This document shows, piece by piece, positions 1-10,602 of a stretch of 64,000 nucleotides of DNA. Made by a program: the position numbers and the translations under genes. The notes below the pieces were generated by a model, which worked only from the letters and a program-made list of their open reading frames with translations, was not told the origin of the DNA and searched no databases. The DNA is taken from positions 62,001 through 126,000 of the IMG/VR virus record IMGVR_UViG_3300007513_000004. The stretch is one strand, 5' to 3'. Every line of letters starts with the position of its first letter. Position 1 is the stretch's first letter.

Positions 1-1
1 C

Positions 2-2332
2 CATCCGTCGAACCTGATCACATTCGCCAGAATAAAGCCTTTCCAAATCCTCTTCATCCAATAAGAAATTAAAAAACGGAATACTTTTTACTTCTTTTAA
101 ATATTCTTCTTTATTATTTTTTGAAATTCTATTTAATTCATTTCTTTTGCCTTCATAAAATTTTAACACTTTATTCATCACAATCTTAACGCCATTAATT
201 GATCTGTTCCATACCTTTTGCTTTTCTCCCTTTTTTACATAAGAGCTTACATGCTGGGGATCTTCTTCGGCAATATCCATTCTTCTCCATCCATAAAATT
301 TTGACATAAGCATACTTGTTTCTGTTTCAGAATACAAAAGCAAAGCATTTCCAAGCTTGGAGTTTACACTTAACATAAGCTTGAAAAAGTTAAAAGCAAA
401 ATCTTCCACGCCTCTTTCTGTATCAAAGATATCCGAATTTCTTTTGTGAAGAGAACGCAAATAAAGATTGCCATCGGAACATAGTCCGTAAATATTATTC
501 TTGGAAAAAATCTCTTTCATCTTATCCAACTTCAGTTTGGCTCTTTCTTCGGAAGATGCAGACACTCTTTCATTATACGGTCGAGACTCATCCAAAAGCT
601 TAATGGCCTCGACTCGATCTCTTTCCAGCTGCTCAATTTCCGACGCTCCATCGGTTACGATGGCCTCTATGGTATGCGCGCAAGGCTCTCCCATAATGGG
701 GGTCTCATGAGTTATCGGCTTTTTAATTATCCTATTGGACTTTAATACAACACTTCTTATGTATTTTCTTACATCGCCAATTGTTCGAAAGTATGTTTTT
801 TTGGCATATGTGCGAACCATTGGGTCGGTTATAAGGCTTGTGCTATGCTCTGGGTTTGCCGCTCTTCCAAACCTTGTATCTTTACCGATATCTAATTTAG
901 CAGCCTTACCATAATATCCTTGAAGCTTATGCCTTGTGAGCCATTTTTCGCCCATCTCCATCTCCAGGGCTTGTCCAGATACATTATGACTTGGCTGATT
1001 GGCATACATGTCTTCTTCGCTCATTCCTTTTCGGTATTGCTCACGAGCCCATGTATACTTCTCTCTATACTGCTCTTGCTCCCATTCGTTTCTTTTTTTT
1101 CTATATTCACAAGGCAAAAAGTTGGTGGCATTTTGTTTAAATGCAGGTATTGCAGCATAGCTGAGTGCTTCTAAGTCTTTTTGAACATCTTCCGAAAATC
1201 CATTTAATAGAATAATTTTTGTTAACTCTTGAACAAGAGGGCTGCGCACATGGTTCCATTGCCTTCCCGGCTTGCCCTGCACGTCCCACAGAGTCTTTAT
1301 TGATAATTCTTTATTGATAATTTTATAAACAAACTCTTCTAAAGACTCCTCTTCTATGTTGTCAACATATTTGTCGTTGATTCTTCTGATTACAGACATA
1401 AAATTCTCTTGCCTTCTCGCTCCGCTATCAGACCTTCTTTTGACTCTTCCGACCAAGTTTCCTCTGATCTTTCTTCGCAAGTATGAATCTTCTTCTGGTT
1501 CTAAATTCTCTGTATCAAAAGAGGTTAGGCCTGCGGCCACATCCTTCATTTCATCATCATATTCGCTTGCCAATGCTCTTTCTATATTTTCAGGATGGTT
1601 GCTGCCTGCTTGAGCACCGGGCCATTTTATCGGAATCCAAGGAGCTTGCTCCAAAGAGCACTGGCCACCGGATACGCCTCTGACAAATCTTGTTCCGACC
1701 AGATTATAAAGCATTATCGTTAGGTCTTGTTCTCTTTCGATTCTCAAGTTCCTTCTTACTCTGCCATCCTCTTTGTCCCAAGGTGGCGTATCTGGACTTC
1801 TGAGGTTTAGGTTTTCTAAATAAAAAATCTCTATAGGCCTATGAGCCCTCGTCCAAATGGCCCCACAGGATGTTGCGGAAATATCAAAGCCATCTTCGGC
1901 AGAATCGATATCTTCAATTATGTTTCTAAAAAGCTTTATCTCTCGCGCAACCACAGATCTCATTTCATTATAATCACGAGGACTTAACTTCTTTCTCATC
2001 AGCTTTAGCTCGGCAAGACGTTTTTCTATTTCTTCATTATAATAAAAAACAGCCCTGTGCTGAAGCCATCTGCGTCCTACATTGTTTGTCTCGCCAACAT
2101 ACCAATTATATTTTGGCTTTCCATTCTCATCCACAATCTGCACCGGAGGGCTTTGCGATTCATCCAGGTTTTCAAGCTTTAAGATATATACCCAATCACC
2201 ATTATCATCCCCCATCTTTATATCAAGCTCTTTGCCACCCGGAGTTGTGGTACGCATAGCCATAGCATCTTTTTCCAAACCGCCGTAGGCGGTGAGTAAT
2301 AGCTCTTGTATTTGGCTTGCTCTATTCATCAT
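2..2332 (-). CDS. Large protein (>=777 aa, runs off the left edge) with N-terminal GIY-YIG nuclease domain; absent from the ORF track
   Basis: Manual translation from ATG at 2332: MMNRASQIQELLLTAYGGLEKDAMAM...WVYILKLEN...WYVGETNNVGRRWLQH...GAIWTRAHRP...EREQDLTIMLYNLVGTRFVRG. Both ends of the frame were translated and are open (...ECDQVRRM at position 2); absence from the track is consistent with no in-window stop. Confidence 0.8.
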   Translation of the reverse strand, partial: MMNRASQIQELLLTAYGGLEKDAMAMRTTTPGGKELDIKMGDDNGDWVYILKLENLDESQSPPVQIVDENGKPKYNWYVGETNNVGRRWLQHRAVFYYNEEIEKRLAELKLMRKKLSPRDYNEMRSVVAREIKLFRNIIEDIDSAEDGFDISATSCGAIWTRAHRPIEIFYLENLNLRSPDTPPWDKEDGRVRRNLRIEREQDLTIMLYNLVGTRFVRGVSGGQCSLEQAPWIPIKWPGAQAGSNHPENIERALASEYDDEMKDVAAGLTSFDTENLEPEEDSYLRRKIRGNLVGRVKRRSDSGARRQENFMSVIRRINDKYVDNIEEESLEEFVYKIINKELSIKTLWDVQGKPGRQWNHVRSPLVQELTKIILLNGFSEDVQKDLEALSYAAIPAFKQNATNFLPCEYRKKRNEWEQEQYREKYTWAREQYRKGMSEEDMYANQPSHNVSGQALEMEMGEKWLTRHKLQGYYGKAAKLDIGKDTRFGRAANPEHSTSLITDPMVRTYAKKTYFRTIGDVRKYIRSVVLKSNRIIKKPITHETPIMGEPCAHTIEAIVTDGASEIEQLERDRVEAIKLLDESRPYNERVSASSEERAKLKLDKMKEIFSKNNIYGLCSDGNLYLRSLHKRNSDIFDTERGVEDFAFNFFKLMLSVNSKLGNALLLYSETETSMLMSKFYGWRRMDIAEEDPQHVSSYVKKGEKQKVWNRSINGVKIVMNKVLKFYEGKRNELNRISKNNKEEYLKEVKSIPFFNFLLDEEDLERLYSGECDQVRRM

Positions 2333-2335
2333 CGT

Positions 2336-2662
2336 TTAGTCTCCGAAGTTTTCGGGAACCTCCACAGGTATTGAAAAATTTTTCGCGTCAGAAACAGTTA
2401 TATGTTGCAAGGACAATGACCCTTTGGCCATTTGGTGCCAGACCCCCTGGCCGTGAAGGTAGACGAAAAGATAATAGAGATAATTGGGATCAAGAATAGA
2501 TCTACCAACATCATTCAGCCGGAAACCGATGTGACTGGACTTAAAGCTCTTGGTCGGCTCTCCGACCTTCTTGGCATCGCCCTTGCGGATGATCCAAAAA
2601 TTGGCATCTTCAAAGTTGGTCTGTATATCCAAAATGTCTTTTAATCTAATATAAGCAATCAT
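2336..2662 (-). CDS. Hypothetical phage protein resembling a fragment of a type I R-M specificity (HsdS TRD-like) fold
   Basis: RLKDI N-terminus and LDPNYLYY...GS..LQHITVSDAKNFSIP C-terminus resemble the HsdS TRD end motif. Confidence 0.4.
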   Translation of the reverse strand: MIAYIRLKDILDIQTNFEDANFWIIRKGDAKKVGEPTKSFKSSHIGFRLNDVGRSILDPNYLYYLFVYLHGQGVWHQMAKGSLSLQHITVSDAKNFSIPVEVPENFGD

Positions 2663-2706
2663 ATTTTAACTCGCTGTAACTAAATATTTAATATTATTAA
2701 ATACCT

Positions 2707-3423
2707 TTAAAATTTATAACCAAATAAATCTATATCTTTTTTAAATAAGTTATAAACTATCTCTGCTGTTTTGTCTGTATATACTTCTCTGTAGTATTTG
2801 TGATTTGATTTGTTCAAATGCACAAGATTGTCTTTTAACCCAACCTTTGACGTTACGAAGGCCCAATCCTCTTCTATATTTTCAAACCTGCCGACGAAAT
2901 CTACCAATAGGTTTTTATCTTTATCATATATATATTCATACTGTTTATTCTTCACAAGGCATACGCACTCACCTCTCATGTGCGACCTGCAGCTTTGAAA
3001 GCTGCACCCTATTGGCTTTTCGCCAACTATATACTTTGTAAACTCTAGCCCTGGAGTCCAATATTCGCCACCCCTTGACTCTATAACTGCGCCTATTTCT
3101 TCTACCCATTCGTTAAAATCAAAACGCTTTAATGTTTTATATTTATTTAAAGTTTGCTTATAAACGATCCAAGATAAAAACCAATCCCAAGGGTTTCTAA
3201 TAAACGCGAACTTAAAAAAATCATCAAAAAGATCCGATTTAAGCCGGCCTTTTATTTCGGTAATCTTTTCATGAAGAGGCCCCGGCTTCGAGGATTTGCT
3301 CCTAAAGTTAACATCCCACTCTAAACCTCCTGCATCAATTATAGAGGTGTACATACTTAGGCTTGCTGTTTTGGGAATTCTAACAAATATTATTTTTTTA
3401 TTATAAAATATCGGCACAATCAA
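2707..3423 (-). CDS. Sulfotransferase family 2 protein
   Basis: FVRIPKTAS (5'-PSB loop), FIRNPWDWFLS (3'-PB), DFVGRFENIEED, C-terminal DIDLFGYKF. Confidence 0.85.
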   Translation of the reverse strand: MIVPIFYNKKIIFVRIPKTASLSMYTSIIDAGGLEWDVNFRSKSSKPGPLHEKITEIKGRLKSDLFDDFFKFAFIRNPWDWFLSWIVYKQTLNKYKTLKRFDFNEWVEEIGAVIESRGGEYWTPGLEFTKYIVGEKPIGCSFQSCRSHMRGECVCLVKNKQYEYIYDKDKNLLVDFVGRFENIEEDWAFVTSKVGLKDNLVHLNKSNHKYYREVYTDKTAEIVYNLFKKDIDLFGYKF

Positions 3424-3427
3424 CCTT

Positions 3428-6109
3428 CTAACTTATTATGGATGCTATTTTATTTAATAGCCTTTTTCTTTCAAAATTTTCTGCCAATCTCCATAAATCT
3501 TCTCCCGACCCAACAGATTCGGCCGCTCCATCATAGTGTTCCATTCTTGGAAAAAGCTCCTCTTCTATTATATCGTTTCGCTCTTCCTCTTCTCTATCAG
3601 CATAAAACTCCTCCAGAGAAGCTCTATTCGCAACGCTCATCTCTCCCGGTATTGTACTGTATGCATCTTTGTTTCTATCGGGAATGCGCCCCCATTTTCT
3701 TTTTTGCACATCAAATGGTGTTAAAAAGATTGCTTCTCCTTGAGCTTTTGCAAATTCGGTTAGGGTTAGCAAAAACTGAACATGCCAAAACTTTATCTTT
3801 TTATCCCACCATTTGATAGCGTTATAAAGAGGTGGATTTGATTCCTTATAATGCTTTAAAGTTTCTTTTCCAAGATTATAAATATCTGCATCTCTCTGTA
3901 GATTGTTAATAACATAGCTTTCGCCATCAACCTTTGATATTCTGGCATAGGCGATAGCTCCAGAGTGATGCTGAGTTCCTCTAACAGATAATGTATCCCA
4001 AGCCTTTGGGCCCTCTCGGCCAAATAATATTTCTGACGATTTAATCATGGCGGCCGATGGCTCCATAACGATTGTAAAGCTTGGAATGTCATTATACCTT
4101 GATTTCGTCACGCTATAATCTACACCAATTGGAGTAAACCTTCTTATTGCTTCAAGCCTTTTGCTTTTGCCTCCTGATTCGGATTCTCTTTTGACAGTCA
4201 CCACATTCCCATCTGCATCCTTAGTTGTTAATGGATAGGTATCATAAAATGAATTTGTAGAACTTACCTGTGATTGCACACTTTCGAGAAAATTATTCAT
4301 TTCATTTTGATACTGATCAATGCTATACTCATGATCAGATGAAAATTGTTTTGCCATAAACTTTTGAGCATGCCAAGTTAAAAGTAATGCATCTTCATTT
4401 GACAAGCCTTGCGATTGAAGCTTTTTCACGACCCCCTCTAGTGCCGGCCCGTGCGTTGTCCACTCTGTATTCGCAAGATTTTTTAAATCATTTAATTTTA
4501 ACCTTCTAAAGACCGGAATGGCTCTGCTTAATAGCGATGCAGGAACCGGCAGCAAACCCACCTGGGTTTGTCCACCAGTTTCTCGTGGAGTATTTAAGCC
4601 AAGAACACCGCCTCGTAAAGCGTTTTCCAAATGCTCTGTAGCCGCCTCTTCATCCGCTCCCATAACTGATTCGTAGCAACCTTCACAATAAATATCGCCA
4701 TCCTCTGTTGCGTGAGTTTCATTGGCATGAACCAATTCTCCACATTCTTCGCATCCATAGTAACTTTCGACGCATCCTTCGCATATTGGATTCCCCGCTG
4801 TATTTAAATACTTTAAATCTTCTCTCAAGTATTCTTCCCAGCAGTCATCGCATTTATCTAGCAGATCTTCTGCACACTCTTCGCATACAGGATACTTCAC
4901 AAGCCTTTCGGCCTGAGCGAAGCCGGAATAGCCTCCTGATACTGGTGACTTAATTGTCGGAGCACGCCCTTCAGATTCTGGTGTTAATTGATCAATGTAT
5001 AAATTAAGTATATTTAAAATTACTTCATACCTATCTGCAGCACTTTGAAGCTGCATAACAAACTGGCTTCCATAAAGCATTTTTTGTTCTATTAAATGAT
5101 TAACATAATCATTTCCTGACATCTGTCTTGTGGTTATTGCAAATAAAAATATACCAAACATATTTCGCCTTCCAACCCCCTGCAGATCCTGCAGAGCTTG
5201 ATGCGTGCTTCTTAAGTGCAGGTCGCCAGATAGACGATCAGGGTTTGAAACATCTTTACCTTCAGATATATTTTTAATGATGTTTCTGATATAATTTGGA
5301 AGTACAGCTTTGTAGCTCCTGATCTGATCCCCGATCTGCTCAAGCTTCGCCCTTATATCATCTATATTTTCGCTTAAATAAGTTTTATATAAAGCTTCTA
5401 CCTTTTGTTTCGTTGCATCTTTTATATTCGTCCAATCATCACGACTTATTATTTTGACTTGATCTAAAGATACTTCTTCTCCGTTAATATATAGCATAAA
5501 CCCTTGGCTTATCACTCTCTCATAATTCCAAGAATGATATGGGCCAAGACCCATGATATCTTCCATTTTAATTTGAGAAATATCATCAATTTTAATCCTT
5601 GCTTTTACAGGAGTTGGAGGAGTCTCAGTGTCAACCAGCCCATCTTCAGCTCGATTTAATATCTTTATTCCCATTTCAAAATCTAAAACCTGTGGAGGCA
5701 TCCTGTTTAAGACTTGAATTAACTTTCGTATTTCTATTAAAAAATCTCCCAATAATTTTGGAATTTCTTTATCATGATTAGGCATCATCCGGTCTGGATT
5801 ATATTCTGTTTCCGGAAACTCTTCTTTATATATTGGGGCATCATCTAAATCACTGTCATCAAGAGACTCTTCTTGATAAAACCCATGAATATCATCTTCA
5901 TGAAAAGTTTCTCCGCAACCCGCACATCGATAGCTGTTTGGCTCTACCCTTCCTGCGTGAAAAACAATTTCTGAATCAGGGATAACAGAAGGGGGAAACA
6001 TTACTTGTTGTGTTTGAGCAATCTTTTCCAAATGACAAATATGCACACACTCATCCCGCATGCCTCTTTGCCCTATGATATTCAACAATTGCTCAAGCTT
6101 ATTTAACAT
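3428..6109 (-). CDS. 893-aa tagged protein with CxxC zinc-ribbon repeats and a C-terminal H...AYAR...INNLQRD domain
   Basis: N-terminal tag MLNKLEQLLNIIGQRGMRDECVHICHLEKIA; CEEC/CDDC/CEGC repeats; C-terminal RKRLLNKIAS. Confidence 0.75.
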   Translation of the reverse strand: MLNKLEQLLNIIGQRGMRDECVHICHLEKIAQTQQVMFPPSVIPDSEIVFHAGRVEPNSYRCAGCGETFHEDDIHGFYQEESLDDSDLDDAPIYKEEFPETEYNPDRMMPNHDKEIPKLLGDFLIEIRKLIQVLNRMPPQVLDFEMGIKILNRAEDGLVDTETPPTPVKARIKIDDISQIKMEDIMGLGPYHSWNYERVISQGFMLYINGEEVSLDQVKIISRDDWTNIKDATKQKVEALYKTYLSENIDDIRAKLEQIGDQIRSYKAVLPNYIRNIIKNISEGKDVSNPDRLSGDLHLRSTHQALQDLQGVGRRNMFGIFLFAITTRQMSGNDYVNHLIEQKMLYGSQFVMQLQSAADRYEVILNILNLYIDQLTPESEGRAPTIKSPVSGGYSGFAQAERLVKYPVCEECAEDLLDKCDDCWEEYLREDLKYLNTAGNPICEGCVESYYGCEECGELVHANETHATEDGDIYCEGCYESVMGADEEAATEHLENALRGGVLGLNTPRETGGQTQVGLLPVPASLLSRAIPVFRRLKLNDLKNLANTEWTTHGPALEGVVKKLQSQGLSNEDALLLTWHAQKFMAKQFSSDHEYSIDQYQNEMNNFLESVQSQVSSTNSFYDTYPLTTKDADGNVVTVKRESESGGKSKRLEAIRRFTPIGVDYSVTKSRYNDIPSFTIVMEPSAAMIKSSEILFGREGPKAWDTLSVRGTQHHSGAIAYARISKVDGESYVINNLQRDADIYNLGKETLKHYKESNPPLYNAIKWWDKKIKFWHVQFLLTLTEFAKAQGEAIFLTPFDVQKRKWGRIPDRNKDAYSTIPGEMSVANRASLEEFYADREEEERNDIIEEELFPRMEHYDGAAESVGSGEDLWRLAENFERKRLLNKIASIIS

Positions 6110-6323
6110 TCTTTTTCCTAAAGTAACGGCTTATCTTACCAAACCATATTATATCGAATAAATAGTATAAAACTGTTGACAGAACATTGGCCACAATCGT
6201 CATCTTTAAAGCTATATCTAAGTTTCCTGTATAATAATAACATACGGTCAAACTCATTGGTATGGCTACCAAAAATCGCCAAACCAAAGACTTGACGATG
6301 GCTTCAAAGTTTGTTAACTGCAT
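6099..6323 (-). CDS. Small membrane protein, DUF2061-like
   Basis: AIVKSLVWR...TG...LYYLFDIIW pattern, two hydrophobic helices. Confidence 0.65.
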   Translation of the reverse strand: MQLTNFEAIVKSLVWRFLVAIPMSLTVCYYYTGNLDIALKMTIVANVLSTVLYYLFDIIWFGKISRYFRKKNVK

Positions 6324-6333
6324 TATTTATAAC

Positions 6334-7386
6334 CTAATCTTGGTTAAACTTTTTTATCAACTCTTTCTGATCATCTGTCAATTCTTTTGGCAACTTTACA
6401 TTAACTATTATGTAATGATCTCCAAGATTTTTGCCACGAACATCTGTAGCCCCTTCTCCTTTTATTCTCAACTTGGTTCCTGGCTGGATACACTCTGGTA
6501 TATTAACAACATACTCCTTTCTAACTAGCCCAACTTTTTTAGAACAACCCAACAGAGCCTCTGGCATGGTTATGTCCAATTCTGAATAAATATTATTGCC
6601 GTCTCTAATGAAATCATCAGAAGGCTCAACCAGAATCCTTACTAGGGTCGTGACATTATTTTTCTTACCTCTTACCCTGAGGGTATTTTCATTAAAGATT
6701 CCTGCCGGAATTTTAAGGTCAATAGAGTGTTTTGAGCTTATCTTTCCAGACCCTTTGCATGTTTTGCATGAATTTCGCGATGCCCAGCCGCGCCCACTAC
6801 ACTTAGAGCATGTTAGCTGAATAGTTACATATCCATGCGTAGAATTAACTTTTCCAGAACCACCGCAGTCGGAGCAGCTTACATGTCCAGAGGAGGGCTC
6901 TCCGCCTGTGCCTTCGCAATCATTACAGTTGTTTTTATAATCAAAAGCTATATGCTTGCTAACTCCTTTTATAGATTCTTCAAAAGTTATTCTTGCAGTA
7001 ATTTGAACCTCTGGTGCTGACCTTTGAGGCTGTCCCCTAGGCTTGTTATACGAGCCTTCATGAAACCCTCTGAATCTTGATGAGTTACCAAACCCAAAGC
7101 CTCTCAATATATCCTCAAATGCACCAAACCCTGATCTCGGACCTTGACGGCTTTCAAAGGCCGGGCCTGGGTCGCAGGTTCCAAACCTATCATACATTTG
7201 TTTCTTCTCAACATCCGACAGCACGTTATAGGCTTCAGATACCTCTTTGAACTTTGTTTCGGCATTGGGATCTTCTTGATTTCTATCAGGATGGTGCTCA
7301 AGAGCCAGCTTTCGAAAGGCTTTCTTAATCTCTGTTTCGCTTGCACCCCTAGAAACACCAAGAATTTCATAATAATCTTTGTTCAT
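6334..7386 (-). CDS. dnaJ: DnaJ chaperone (class A)
   Basis: [11 protein letters not shown] motif, G/F region, four CxxCxGxG repeats, C-terminal domain. Confidence 0.95.
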   Translation of the reverse strand: MNKDYYEILGVSRGASETEIKKAFRKLALEHHPDRNQEDPNAETKFKEVSEAYNVLSDVEKKQMYDRFGTCDPGPAFESRQGPRSGFGAFEDILRGFGFGNSSRFRGFHEGSYNKPRGQPQRSAPEVQITARITFEESIKGVSKHIAFDYKNNCNDCEGTGGEPSSGHVSCSDCGGSGKVNSTHGYVTIQLTCSKCSGRGWASRNSCKTCKGSGKISSKHSIDLKIPAGIFNENTLRVRGKKNNVTTLVRILVEPSDDFIRDGNNIYSELDITMPEALLGCSKKVGLVRKEYVVNIPECIQPGTKLRIKGEGATDVRGKNLGDHYIIVNVKLPKELTDDQKELIKKFNQD

Positions 7387-7423
7387 CTAAATTCTCCAAC
7401 GGTTTGATAATAGCAAAAATCCT

Positions 7424-7768
7424 ATGAATAAAATCGTACTATATAACAAGATTATTCCCATGATTATATTAAACATATTACTTACCGCATTTGTATTATT
7501 CGCACTTTTTGTTTCTGCATTACTGGTAAAGCAATGGAGAACAAGAAATAAATATACAAAACTCCTAGATAAATACAGGAAAGAATATTCTGTATATTCC
7601 GATCCAGAACCTGATAACGTTTATATGTTAGAAGACTACAGGAGTCTGAAGAAGAGACGAGAATCAGATGATCTTATAAAATATTCATTAACACATGATT
7701 TAATGTGGTCAGAAGAGCTTCAAGAGTATATTAAAATATCAGAAAATATTCCTATAGAAGATGAGTAA
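7424..7768 (+). CDS. Hypothetical membrane-anchored protein
   Basis: N-terminal hydrophobic helix followed by a charged domain; true start may be the second Met. Confidence 0.6.
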   Translation: MNKIVLYNKIIPMIILNILLTAFVLFALFVSALLVKQWRTRNKYTKLLDKYRKEYSVYSDPEPDNVYMLEDYRSLKKRRESDDLIKYSLTHDLMWSEELQEYIKISENIPIEDE

Positions 7769-7810
7769 ATAACATATTATTATTTACTTTATATACACAG
7801 GGATGGATTA

Positions 7811-8191
7811 ATGAGCAGAAAGGTAGCTTGGATAAGCGACATAAAGACTGAAGAAAAACCATGGGGCAATGAGCGCTCGTGGTCTGGCGCTGGCTATATG
7901 CATGGAAAGATTATAAAGATTAACAAAGGTCATAGAACATCTCTAAAGAGATACAGAGTAAAAAGTGAGGCCTTCTATCTTCTCTCTGGCAAAATCGCTG
8001 TTATATATGGGGATGAAAAAACAACAGATATAAATTATATGCACCAAGGAATTCTTGAACCAGACCAGATATTATCTGTTCCATCCATGTGTCCATATAG
8101 ACTTGAAGCTTTGGAGGATTCTGTAATAATTGAAACATCAGATTATAGAGATTCATCTTATGAGGTCTTAGAAGATGACTACGATAGATAA
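7811..8191 (+). CDS. Cupin (mannose-6-phosphate isomerase C-terminal-like)
   Basis: EKPWGNE, GHRTSL...KSEAFYLLSG, RLEALEDSVIIETS...EDDYDR; the usual metal-binding His residues appear substituted. Confidence 0.75.
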   Translation: MSRKVAWISDIKTEEKPWGNERSWSGAGYMHGKIIKINKGHRTSLKRYRVKSEAFYLLSGKIAVIYGDEKTTDINYMHQGILEPDQILSVPSMCPYRLEALEDSVIIETSDYRDSSYEVLEDDYDR

Positions 8192-9278
8192 AATAAACAA
8201 ACTTTCAAGATGGCTATGTAAAAACGGATTAGAAAAAGATGCTATAAGTTTAAATAATCTTGTAAAAATAAGCAACTTAGGATCTTTTCATCCGGAACAT
8301 ATGCGCCACGCTTTCAATACTGTACAAAGAATGAATACGCCTAACCATAGTAATTTAGCTGACTCTTTTTACAAAATTATAAGATACTCTGATTTTTCTG
8401 AAAACGAATGGAAGCTGACAAGAGCAATTCAAGGATCAGAAGAATATAAAGAATGGAGTGAAAAAGTAGACCCTGGCGGCCTTGGTGATTTTAATTTAGA
8501 AAATAAAAAATACTGGAAAAAAATGCAAAATACTCCTGGCGTTTCAACTGTTGATATAAATCCAAGTGAACATATTGAAGTTACATTTGAATATCCCAAG
8601 GATGAAGCCGGAAGACATCCTGCTAGACGGCAGTTAAATGGGATTAAATTAAAACAAGATTTGTATTTCTCTTTCGAACTAACAGATGAGGCGAAAAAAG
8701 ATCACTCTATTGCCTTAGAGGGTGTTAAAAACTATCTAAGGTGGATTTTAGAAGTAGTTAAATATTCTGGAGAAACAAACAGAGTTTTGAAAGAAAGTAA
8801 CTCACCAACTTACATTAGAGCCTTAAAGTTTAATCCGGGAATAAATCTCAATTATCTTGCAGGTTCACTCTTTGATGAAAAAGACACTCTTAAGATTTAT
8901 TTTGCAAATGCTCATCCAAAGTTTCTTAGGCAATTTTATAATAATGTTATTTCTTTAAAAAATAATTTTTCTGGATTTACTACAAATGAGAATAGAGCCA
9001 GATTAGCTCGGGGCTTTGATTTAAGCAAGGTTCCAAACATTGGGAGTATGTCTTTTGGTCAAATTGTTGCACACAGAATGGCCTTTCATGCTTTGAATAG
9101 TTTTGAATATGTAAAAAGTATAGAAGATAACGAAGAAGGTAGAGCGCAATTTGTTGAATTTTTGGGGAATATCATGGATGTCTCTCAGCGAGAATTAATT
9201 ACTCATATGGATAATTACATAACGAAGAAAGATTCATCCGGTATCGAAAGAGTTTTGCAGGAATCAAAAATTATATAA
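8175..9278 (+). CDS. Tagged hypothetical protein
   Basis: N-terminal tag IDKINKLSRWLCKNGLEKDAISLNNLVKIS; 367-aa ORF overlapping the upstream stop. Confidence 0.7.
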   Translation: MTTIDKINKLSRWLCKNGLEKDAISLNNLVKISNLGSFHPEHMRHAFNTVQRMNTPNHSNLADSFYKIIRYSDFSENEWKLTRAIQGSEEYKEWSEKVDPGGLGDFNLENKKYWKKMQNTPGVSTVDINPSEHIEVTFEYPKDEAGRHPARRQLNGIKLKQDLYFSFELTDEAKKDHSIALEGVKNYLRWILEVVKYSGETNRVLKESNSPTYIRALKFNPGINLNYLAGSLFDEKDTLKIYFANAHPKFLRQFYNNVISLKNNFSGFTTNENRARLARGFDLSKVPNIGSMSFGQIVAHRMAFHALNSFEYVKSIEDNEEGRAQFVEFLGNIMDVSQRELITHMDNYITKKDSSGIERVLQESKII

Positions 9279-9323
9279 CTAAATTTTGTAGAATAAATAT
9301 ATACTAATTTTAATGTAAAAAAC

Positions 9324-9503
9324 ATGGAAGCATCAGATATCATATTATTATTCATCGGATCGGTAATAGCTATGCTTGGCATTATAACCGCCAGAGCAGC
9401 GGCCGAAAAGCGATTAGAATTTATTCGTATTCAAGTTAATGATCAAATACATCGTGATGAACTTCGCAAAAAGCATCTTGACTCATTATATGGCAGGGAT
9501 TAA
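9324..9503 (+). CDS. Small membrane protein (59 aa, not in ORF track)
   Basis: MEASDIILLFIGSVIAMLGIITARAAAEKRLE...; fills the gap and ends 1 nt before the next ATG. Confidence 0.6.
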   Translation: MEASDIILLFIGSVIAMLGIITARAAAEKRLEFIRIQVNDQIHRDELRKKHLDSLYGRD

Positions 9504-9504
9504 A

Positions 9505-10035
9505 ATGATTAAAACAGCAGGTAGTATGTTTGACAAAAAGTCTCCCGAAGACAGAGACGCTATGGAGGCTCTTCTTGAGCAGCTAGATAGAGAAGAGACC
9601 GAAGAGGATTTGACTCACCTTCAAGATACCATTAACAAAATTGAAGAGTCATTAAAAATAATTCGTGAAAGAAATTTCTCTGAAATGTCTGACGAAGAAT
9701 TGCAAGAAGTTGCAGAAGTTGTTGCCAACTTAGACAAGTTCAAGAACGAAATGAATATACTAACTGACCAATACCTGGGGCAAGGAGCCTTAGCGGAAAT
9801 AGACTTGCCGGATGATGTATATCAAGACATCAAGCAAGAATTCGGCCAACCTTCAGAGTATCTTGGATGGGGCGCACGAAAGCCCGGAGATCCAGAGTTT
9901 GGAATGTTTCCTCCAACAATTCCATTAGCCGAAGCATCTTTTATTAATGAATTAGCCAAGATTGCAAATGAATTAGACAATCGTGGTCTTGCGAAAGAAG
10001 CTGATGAGCTTGATAAAATTATATTAAATAAATAA
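9505..10035 (+). CDS. Acidic coiled-coil protein with C-terminal tag
   Basis: Start re-assigned to ATG 9505 (MIKTAG...), directly after the upstream stop; ends EASFINELAKIANELDNRGLAKEADELDKIILNK. Confidence 0.75.
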   Translation: MIKTAGSMFDKKSPEDRDAMEALLEQLDREETEEDLTHLQDTINKIEESLKIIRERNFSEMSDEELQEVAEVVANLDKFKNEMNILTDQYLGQGALAEIDLPDDVYQDIKQEFGQPSEYLGWGARKPGDPEFGMFPPTIPLAEASFINELAKIANELDNRGLAKEADELDKIILNK

Positions 10036-10044
10036 TAATTATCA

Positions 10045-10602
10045 ATGGATAGATTCAATGATGATATTCATCCCATCGATGATTTATATTTCAATATAAA
10101 CAAACTCAAAAAAGACTTAAAAACAATTTATACAGCTGTTCAATACAAGGAAGGCGCTGTATATGGCATAAGCCTAACCAGGCCAGCAGATGGCTCAGAG
10201 GATGATGCTAGAGGCATATTTTGGACAAAGCCTAATGCCTCCGGCGCTGAAGAGCAACGAGAAAAGTATGTTGACGAATCAAGTTATACAAAGTTCTTAG
10301 AAGAAGCAAAAAATACTTATTACTTTGAAGTATATCAAACACTCTGTGAGCATTATAAAATTGGTCGAGTTAGAATTTTAAAACTAAAGCCTAGGACTTC
10401 ATTGAGTTGGCACAGAGATCCAGAGCCAAGAATTCACATCCCCATATTAACAAATCCCGGAGCACTAACTGTCGTTGAAAATTTTGCAACGAACATGCCT
10501 GCTGACGGATCAATCTATTTTATGAATACAATAAAATATCATACGGCAATCAATGGCGGCGAAGAAGATCGCATTCATTTGGTTGCAACTATACTAAGCT
10601 GA
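10045..10602 (+). CDS. Asp/Asn beta-hydroxylase-like 2OG-Fe(II) oxygenase
   Basis: LSWHRD (HxD), RIHIPILTN, HTAINGGEEDRIHLV. Confidence 0.85.
   Translation: MDRFNDDIHPIDDLYFNINKLKKDLKTIYTAVQYKEGAVYGISLTRPADGSEDDARGIFWTKPNASGAEEQREKYVDESSYTKFLEEAKNTYYFEVYQTLCEHYKIGRVRILKLKPRTSLSWHRDPEPRIHIPILTNPGALTVVENFATNMPADGSIYFMNTIKYHTAINGGEEDRIHLVATILS

Noticed and set aside
501-2288. Short plus-strand ORFs in the track (501, 920, 1356, 1483, 2082)
   Set aside because: They are antisense shadows of the long minus-strand GIY-YIG ORF, which the track missed because it has no stop inside the window.
9439-9504. ORF-track start at 9439
   Set aside because: It overlaps a plausible 59-aa membrane ORF (9324-9503). 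ATG 9505 directly follows that stop and gives MIKTA.
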